Positions 57,621 through 64,000 of a stretch of 64,000 bases of DNA are shown in pieces. The position numbers and the translations under genes were made by a program. Source of the DNA: a virus; the IMG/VR virus record IMGVR_UViG_3300030202_002773, positions 17,846 through 81,845 of that record. One strand, written 5' to 3'. A model generated the notes under the pieces. The model made no database searches. It was not told the origin of the DNA and was given only the letters and a program-made list of their open reading frames with translations. Within the stretch, counting starts at the first letter, position 1; every line of letters begins with the position of its first letter.

Positions 57621-60050
57621 ATGGGGTATGATAAAATTCCTAGGCAGAAAATGCCTATTAGCAAAAAAACAAAAAAATGGGGAGAAGAATGTGTTGAAGC
57701 ATTTATAGATCTCTCTGATTCTGGTTCAGGATATTCACAAAGAAAAGATGAACTTAAGATATTATATGATTACTATAATGGTATAATTGATGAGGCGGAT
57801 TATAAATACGTATTGAAACCTTACGGGAAATCTCGTAAGAACTTTCCTTCAGAAATGCGTAATTACCCCATTATCAAACCCATAATTGATCTTCTTCTAG
57901 GGGAAAAATCTAAAAGACCTCTCAATTATACCGTTACAGTACAAAATTCAGATACAACATCTGTAAAAGAACAAGCTAAAAGTGAAGCAATCTTTATGAA
58001 TCTTCAAATGCATTTTATGCAAGCTATTCAAAATCAAGGTCAAGATATGGGGATGAGTCCAGAGCAGCAACAACAAGAAAACCCAATGCCTAAGCATATA
58101 GCGGAAATGTTTGAGACTAGTTATGTAGATCAAAGAGCTATTTTAGGACAAAAAGCTTTAAATTTTATTTTTCAAGATCAAGAAATATATGATAAAGTAC
58201 AAAAAGCATGGTTTCATTATTTAGTTAGTGGAGAAGCTTATACACATAGAGGAGTTAGAAATGGTGAACCTTTTTATGAAGTACTTAATCCAATAGATGT
58301 AGATTATGATTTAGATCCAGATTTAGAGTTTGTAGAAGATGGAGACTGGGCTTTAACTAGAAAATATGTACATGCATCTACTGTTATAGATCATTATTAT
58401 GATTCTTTATCTGAACAACAGGTGCTAGAACTTGAAGAACCTAGACATTCTGAAGCAGATGTTTCTTTTTTATATGCGCATTCGTCTAATAAAGATGCTA
58501 ATGCTTTTAGAAATAGATTAGTAGAAGTCATAAACGTTTATTGGAAATCTAGAAAAAGAATAGGATTTTTAACTTATTTAGATCCTCAAACTGGATCTAT
58601 AGAAGAACAAGAAGTTGCAGATGGATTTAGATTACCTAAAGAATTAAAAGAACAAGGAGCTACTCTTGAGTGGAAATGGGTTAATGAAGTGTGGGAAGGA
58701 ACAAGAATAGATGGTAGAGTATATATAAATATAAATCCTATATCAAATCAAAGACTATCTTTAGATAATCCTTCTAAATGTAAACTTCCTATTAATGGTA
58801 GAAGATACTCAGATATTAATTCTTCTAATATTTCACTAGTTAAACTTGGTATACCGTATCAATTAAATTACAATATTTATAAATATAGATTAGAATTATC
58901 TATTGCAAAATCAAAAGATATTATTGCTCAATTTGATATTAACATGATTCCTAAAAAATGGGATATGGATAAATTTATGCATTATGTTGAAGGAACAGGA
59001 ATTGCTTGGGTAGATTATAATAAAGAAGGTATTCAATTAAATCCTCAACATCAAGCTGTAATGGATATGTCTATTAAAACTATTCAACAATATGTTGCTT
59101 TATTAGAATCTATTTTAGTAGAATGGGAAAAGATATCAGGAGTAAGTAGACAAAGACAAGGTGAAATTGGAGCTTACGAAGGTAAAGCATCTTCTCAACA
59201 AGCTATCTTACAATCATCACATATTACTGAAGATTTGTTTAGAAAATTTGAAAGAATGGAACAAAGAGACTTTCAAGCATTATTAGATTATTCTAAAGAA
59301 GCATGGTTAACTGGTAAAAGAGGAACATATGTAATGCCTGACGGTACAACTGATTTTTTAGATATAGATAGTATGGGACATATGGAAACTAACTATGGAA
59401 TATTTGTTTCTGATGCTGGTAAAGATGCAGAAAAACTACAAAATATTAAAGGATTAACTCAAGCTATGATGCAAAACGGTGCTAAACCTGGAGACATAGC
59501 AGAAATGTTAGATTCAGATAGTTTTACAGAAATTAAAAAGAATCTTAAAAAAGCTGATAAAGCTTCTGCTGAATTAGAACAAGCTCAACAACAAGCTCAA
59601 GCTGAAGCTCAACAACAAATGCAACAGATGGAAGCTATGAAATTAGAAGCACAAAATATTGAAAATGAAAAAGAAAGACAAAAAGATATTGAAATAGCTT
59701 TAATTAATGCTGAATCTAAACAGCAAGCATCAACAGGTACTGAATCTTTACAACTACAAAAAATGATTCAAGATTTTGAACTTAAAGATAAAGAGTTAGA
59801 ACTTAAGGAAAGAGAATTAATAGAAAGATCTAGAGGTGATCAATCTAAAGAGCAAATAAGTAGAGAGGCAAACGAAATATCTAGAGAAGCAAATGAAATG
59901 AAAAGAGCTAGTGATATAGAAAGTAATGCATCTAAAAGAGAAGGTGAATATATTAAAAGGGATACAGCAAATAGGGATATTAGAGCAAAAAAAGATATAG
60001 CAGATAAACAAGCAAAAGCAAAATCTAAAGATGCCAACAAATCAAATTAG
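57621..60050 (+). CDS. Portal protein
   Basis: 'IPRQK', 'NYPIIKPIIDLLLGE', 'WVNEVWEGTRI', 'GVSRQRQG', C-terminal coiled coil; crAss portal pattern and synteny. Confidence 0.9.
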   Translation: MGYDKIPRQKMPISKKTKKWGEECVEAFIDLSDSGSGYSQRKDELKILYDYYNGIIDEADYKYVLKPYGKSRKNFPSEMRNYPIIKPIIDLLLGEKSKRPLNYTVTVQNSDTTSVKEQAKSEAIFMNLQMHFMQAIQNQGQDMGMSPEQQQQENPMPKHIAEMFETSYVDQRAILGQKALNFIFQDQEIYDKVQKAWFHYLVSGEAYTHRGVRNGEPFYEVLNPIDVDYDLDPDLEFVEDGDWALTRKYVHASTVIDHYYDSLSEQQVLELEEPRHSEADVSFLYAHSSNKDANAFRNRLVEVINVYWKSRKRIGFLTYLDPQTGSIEEQEVADGFRLPKELKEQGATLEWKWVNEVWEGTRIDGRVYININPISNQRLSLDNPSKCKLPINGRRYSDINSSNISLVKLGIPYQLNYNIYKYRLELSIAKSKDIIAQFDINMIPKKWDMDKFMHYVEGTGIAWVDYNKEGIQLNPQHQAVMDMSIKTIQQYVALLESILVEWEKISGVSRQRQGEIGAYEGKASSQQAILQSSHITEDLFRKFERMEQRDFQALLDYSKEAWLTGKRGTYVMPDGTTDFLDIDSMGHMETNYGIFVSDAGKDAEKLQNIKGLTQAMMQNGAKPGDIAEMLDSDSFTEIKKNLKKADKASAELEQAQQQAQAEAQQQMQQMEAMKLEAQNIENEKERQKDIEIALINAESKQQASTGTESLQLQKMIQDFELKDKELELKERELIERSRGDQSKEQISREANEISREANEMKRASDIESNASKREGEYIKRDTANRDIRAKKDIADKQAKAKSKDANKSN

Positions 60051-62325
60051 AAGAGAATTATTAGATAGAGTTAAAACTTCAAATTTTCCAGGAAGTATAA
60101 TTGATGTGTTCAATGCGGCAGATCAAGGTATAGATCTTATATCTCAATTTGAACAAGAGCAACAGCAAGAGCAAGCAATGCAACAACAACAACAAGGTAT
60201 GCAAGTTGCTAATACTCCAGAAGAACAAGAAATAGGTTTAAGAGAACAACATGCTATGGGAAACACTGGAGCATCTATGGCTTTTCCTAATGTAGAGCCT
60301 AATCAATCTTTTAATACGGTTGGTATGAAAGCTCCTATTAATATTGAAAAAGTAAATGATCAAGGACATTTAGTAGAAAGTTATAAGAATGTACCCCCAG
60401 GAATACAAGATTTACCAACTGGTCCTTATAAAGGAACTATAATAGAATCACCAGCTGGGTATCAAACAGGTGGAGTTAAAAAATATCATGCTGGAGGTTT
60501 ATATCATAATATAAATCACAAAAAAAAGTCAGGAACTTCTAGAAGTAAATCTAATAGTACAATATCTAAGAAAGCATATGCTAATATGAAGTCTGGATTT
60601 AAAAAACAAAAAGGTGGAGAATATGAATATGAGAATTTAATCCCTGAAATAGAAGTATCTGGATTAACAAAAAAATCATATAATAAATTAAGTGCTGCAC
60701 AAAAACAAGTTTATGATGCCTATACAAATCCTTATACTGGGGATTTTCAACAATATTCACCTTTTACATTATCTGACGGCTCAGAAGGATACATACATTG
60801 GAAAGATGCTATGGATATGGTAAAAGGATCTAAAGTGGGTAATATATATAACAACCCAGGGAGTACTAATTTTAAGGTGGATGAAGATGGTTACTTTAGA
60901 GCTCATGCTAAAGTAAATATGTATAGGCCAATTACAACTTCATTGGCAAACGCTCAACCTTGGGCAGGCTATCTTCTTAGTCAAATGAGTGACCATAACC
61001 CTTATAGTAGTGGCGATATTTACATACCTAAAATAGACGCTTCTGGAAAAGGAGGCGATCATCTTGGTTTGTACTTTAGAAATTCTAAAAATCCTGAGTA
61101 TGATACAAGTTGGAAGATAGAACAAGCACAGTATATGAATAAACTAATAGCAGAACTAGGACATTTAGATCCTGAAGAAGCACCTTTTTGGTCCTATTTT
61201 TCTATGCCTTTTAGTAGAATGAAAAGATGGGTTCAAGAAGGTAGTAACCCAGACGCGTCAAACTATGGAACCAAGTATGATATTGAATACCACACTCATT
61301 ATGGACCAAATAGTTCTGAACGTGGGTTACTTAAAAGATATTCTAAACAACCGTATACAGGAATAGATACTGAAGGAACTTATGGACACCTTAAGAAAAA
61401 AGGTGGTTTAAGAAAAAAATATCAAACTGCAGGGCTACCTGTGTCTAAAAAATTTGATTACGAAGAATTTATGAAAGAGTCTTATCATGAGCAATTAAAT
61501 CCTGGACCTAGGAAAAATTGGACAAGTGGAGGAAATCAGAAAGCAAGAAATTTATGGGACGAAGCTATGCAGTTTAATATAAACTGGTTAAATTCTCCTA
61601 TGGCTGAAAAGATGATGAAAAAAGAAGATCCTTATAATTGGAAGGAGTTAAAAAGAACAAGGATAAACAACATATATGATACTCCAGTTTTTCTTCATAA
61701 TAGGAATGAAAAAGGTACATTAGCACAATTTGGCCCTAATCTAGGGAATCTAACTAAACCTAATATAGATGGATTTGCGAAGGCATTTTATAGGAGATCT
61801 ACAGCAATACATGAAGGTTCTCATGCTGCAGATTACAATCGAAATAGTCAGTGGTCACTTAAGGATTTGAATCCGTTTCTTGAAAAAAGTAGCTTTGATA
61901 AAGCATATCCTGGTCGTCTAATTCCTAAAACTAGTCTAAACGTAATAGATACTATAGTATCTAATTTAAATAATACTGAGTATAAGCGAGAACTAAAGAA
62001 TATGTCAGGAAAAGAAAAAGAAGAAAGACTCAGGAAAATTAAATATTACGGCAAATTTACAGAATTAAGAGCAAGACTTAATGCGATAAGAGGATTGGCT
62101 AAACATAGAAAGATTTATGATCCTTTTACTCAACGAGTTACTGATGAAATTATGGATGAAATAATAGATAATTTAAAAACCAATGAAAAAACAAGATATA
62201 AAGGTAGTAATCCTGTAGAACAATTATTAAATCTAATGACTAAAAAAGAGCTTAAACGTTTATTAAATACAGTTTCAGACGCATCTGATGAAATAGGAGA
62301 TGTGCAAACTGGCACATCAGTTTAA
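60031..62325 (+). CDS. Modular virion protein with zincin-like domain(s)
   Basis: YQTGG/YHAGG/KQKGG/YQTAG punctuation; 'IHEGSH...TELRARL' HExxH module. Confidence 0.55.
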   Translation: MPTNQIRRELLDRVKTSNFPGSIIDVFNAADQGIDLISQFEQEQQQEQAMQQQQQGMQVANTPEEQEIGLREQHAMGNTGASMAFPNVEPNQSFNTVGMKAPINIEKVNDQGHLVESYKNVPPGIQDLPTGPYKGTIIESPAGYQTGGVKKYHAGGLYHNINHKKKSGTSRSKSNSTISKKAYANMKSGFKKQKGGEYEYENLIPEIEVSGLTKKSYNKLSAAQKQVYDAYTNPYTGDFQQYSPFTLSDGSEGYIHWKDAMDMVKGSKVGNIYNNPGSTNFKVDEDGYFRAHAKVNMYRPITTSLANAQPWAGYLLSQMSDHNPYSSGDIYIPKIDASGKGGDHLGLYFRNSKNPEYDTSWKIEQAQYMNKLIAELGHLDPEEAPFWSYFSMPFSRMKRWVQEGSNPDASNYGTKYDIEYHTHYGPNSSERGLLKRYSKQPYTGIDTEGTYGHLKKKGGLRKKYQTAGLPVSKKFDYEEFMKESYHEQLNPGPRKNWTSGGNQKARNLWDEAMQFNINWLNSPMAEKMMKKEDPYNWKELKRTRINNIYDTPVFLHNRNEKGTLAQFGPNLGNLTKPNIDGFAKAFYRRSTAIHEGSHAADYNRNSQWSLKDLNPFLEKSSFDKAYPGRLIPKTSLNVIDTIVSNLNNTEYKRELKNMSGKEKEERLRKIKYYGKFTELRARLNAIRGLAKHRKIYDPFTQRVTDEIMDEIIDNLKTNEKTRYKGSNPVEQLLNLMTKKELKRLLNTVSDASDEIGDVQTGTSV

Positions 62326-62394
62326 TTTAAGAGTGTTATATAATAATATAAAAACTGAAAATAAAAAAAGTATAAAAAATATCAATATAATTAG

Positions 62395-62402
62395 TAAATT
62401 TG
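62395..62402 (+). promoter_or_regulatory. Possible -7 box (TAAATTTG) for scaffold/capsid operon
   Basis: TAnnTTTG 23 nt upstream of ATG 62426 in an AT-rich gap. Confidence 0.5.
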
Positions 62403-62425
62403 TAACTTAATAAAACAATAAATAT

Positions 62426-63505
62426 ATGGACAATAATGAACAAATACAATTAGATGACATCACATTTGATGATGTTATTGCTGGCGATGGAGTGGCCACA
62501 GAAGAAATTGCTCCAGCTCAAGAAGATGAAAAAACAATAGAAGATCCTCAAGAAGTTGTTGAGGAAGAAGAGCAAGAAGAAATTGAAAAAGAAAATGAAG
62601 TTCAAGAACCTGTACAGGAACCTGACGAAGAAGAGGATGAAGAAGTAACTGAAAATGAAGAAGATAGTACAGTTGTTTCAGAAATATTAAGTGCTTTTGG
62701 ATATGAATCAGATAATAAATATGAGGATACATCAGAAGGATTAATTAATATGACTAAAGACATAGCAAACCAGGTAGCTGAAGAAAGAGTTGATGAAGTT
62801 ATGAATAAATTTCCTTTAGTAAGACAACATTTAGAATATGTCTTAAACGGAGGAGAGTCTCAACAATTTATGCAGGCATATGATCCTAATTTAGATTATA
62901 ATAAAATGTCATTAGAACAAGATGATGCTAGAAGTCAAAAAGCAATTTTGTCAGAATATTTTAATCTAAAAGGTCATGATAGAGAGTTTACATCAGAAAT
63001 GATTAATGATTATGCAGATTCAGGTAAACTTCATGCTAAAGCGGAAGCAGCAAGAAAAGCATTAGGAAAAGTTCAAGAACAACAACAAGCACAAATGGTA
63101 GAACAACAAAAACAAGTAAGAGCTCAACAATATCAAGAACAACAAAACTTTTGGAAAGGTGTAGCAGATACTCTTGAAAATTCTCAAGAATTTGCAGGAT
63201 TAACGGTTCCAGAAAGAGAAAAAAGTAAATTTTTTAATTATCTTTCTAAACCTGTAACTCAAGAAGGTTATACTCAAAGAGATGTTGATCATTCAAATGC
63301 AGAAATGGATAAGAAATTAGCCATAGATTATTTGATGTTTAAAGGGTTCAATTTAGACCAAATTATAAATACAAAAGCTAGAACAAAAAGTACAAAGTCT
63401 TTAAGATCTAAAATTGCTAAAAATGAAGAAACTGTAAAAAGTGCTCGTAAAGCAGGAAAGAGATCAAAAAACTTTGATATTGATGATTTAGATCTTAGTA
63501 TTTAA
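62426..63505 (+). CDS. Scaffold-like protein preceding the major capsid gene
   Basis: Acidic N-terminus, Q-rich coiled coil; conserved crAss position before the MCP. Confidence 0.65.
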   Translation: MDNNEQIQLDDITFDDVIAGDGVATEEIAPAQEDEKTIEDPQEVVEEEEQEEIEKENEVQEPVQEPDEEEDEEVTENEEDSTVVSEILSAFGYESDNKYEDTSEGLINMTKDIANQVAEERVDEVMNKFPLVRQHLEYVLNGGESQQFMQAYDPNLDYNKMSLEQDDARSQKAILSEYFNLKGHDREFTSEMINDYADSGKLHAKAEAARKALGKVQEQQQAQMVEQQKQVRAQQYQEQQNFWKGVADTLENSQEFAGLTVPEREKSKFFNYLSKPVTQEGYTQRDVDHSNAEMDKKLAIDYLMFKGFNLDQIINTKARTKSTKSLRSKIAKNEETVKSARKAGKRSKNFDIDDLDLSI

Positions 63506-63553
63506 AAATATACCTGAACAGGGAAATAGGTACCCTATAAAATTTTAATTAAA

Positions 63554-64000
63554 ATGGCAGTAAACGGAACAAATATAAGCGTCCAAAAGACGTTTTACAA
63601 TGACTCGCAAATGACAGATATGAACAGTCTATCAAATGCGTTATTGGCAAAACCTACTGAACTGTCTCCGATTATAACTCATTTAGCAGGAAAAGATGAT
63701 AAAAGATTTCCTTTATCCTTTTTAACAGAAGGTGTTGGTAACACAAAGTCTATTGACAGGTTAGAATATGAGTATCGTGTGGCAACACATAGAATGAGAA
63801 CGAGACCAGTATCAGCAGCAGGGCCAACAGGTGGAAGTATAGGATTAGGAGGTGCAACTTTTGAGTTGGAATTTCCTGATAAACATTTTGTATTCCCATA
63901 CGTATTAGTATCTCAATCAGGGGCACAAGCACGTATTATGAAAGCTCCAGAACAAGTAGCAGGAGGATCTTCATGGAAATACACTTTACAATTAATTAAT
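63554..64000 (+). CDS. Major capsid protein (3'-truncated by window, not in ORF track)
   Basis: MAVNGTNISVQKTFYNDSQMTDMNSLSNALLAKPTELSPIITHLAGKDDKRFPLSFLTEG...; crAss MCP-like N-terminus, open to the window end. Confidence 0.8.
   Translation, partial: MAVNGTNISVQKTFYNDSQMTDMNSLSNALLAKPTELSPIITHLAGKDDKRFPLSFLTEGVGNTKSIDRLEYEYRVATHRMRTRPVSAAGPTGGSIGLGGATFELEFPDKHFVFPYVLVSQSGAQARIMKAPEQVAGGSSWKYTLQLIN

Noticed and set aside
59575-59900. Short tandem repeats in the portal C-terminus (QAQQQAQ, ISREANE x2)
   Set aside because: Ordinary low-complexity coiled-coil coding sequence.
55873-63932. Minus-strand ORFs within terminase, portal, cargo, scaffold and capsid genes
   Set aside because: Antisense shadows.
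1-64000. Stop-codon reassignment (TAG/TGA), as in some crAss lineages
   Set aside because: Genes are full length in the standard code, and TAG (e.g. 32142-44) and TGA serve as real stops.

Overview
AT-rich 64-kb segment of a crAss-like (Crassvirales) phage genome. The host is probably Bacteroidota/Flavobacteriia, based on TAnnTTTG promoter boxes and AT-rich leaders without Shine-Dalgarno sequences. The genetic code appears standard. Layout: (1) + strand 1-32144: tail ring and muzzle genes, modular cargo proteins, then three giant ejected proteins including the virion RNA polymerase (DFDID). (2) A bidirectional terminator at ~32.17 kb. (3) - strand 32187-52468: replication and early genes (PolA, SF2 helicase, DnaB-like helicase, Sak4-like ATPase, primase, phosphoesterase, resolvase, SPL-like radical SAM, MoxR-VWA module, 5'-3' exonuclease, DUF1599). 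(4) A divergent non-coding region at 52.05-52.93 kb. (5) + strand late genes: GroES, HU/IHF-like, terminase, SET-domain protein, portal, modular cargo, scaffold-like protein and the start of the major capsid gene. Most notable observations: by manual scan the three giant ejection/RNAP proteins (5623 aa) contain only four cysteines, all at gene junctions (C-xxxx-stop / M-x-C), suggesting a head-to-tail disulfide-linked chain. There is a promoter-driven ~255-nt multi-stem ncRNA candidate, plus further structured intergenic elements with internal direct repeats. A recurring (Y/K)-x-x-GG motif punctuates cargo polyproteins into cassettes (beta-barrel-like, lysozyme, MORN, zincin). All calls come from motif reading by eye; no database searches were run.
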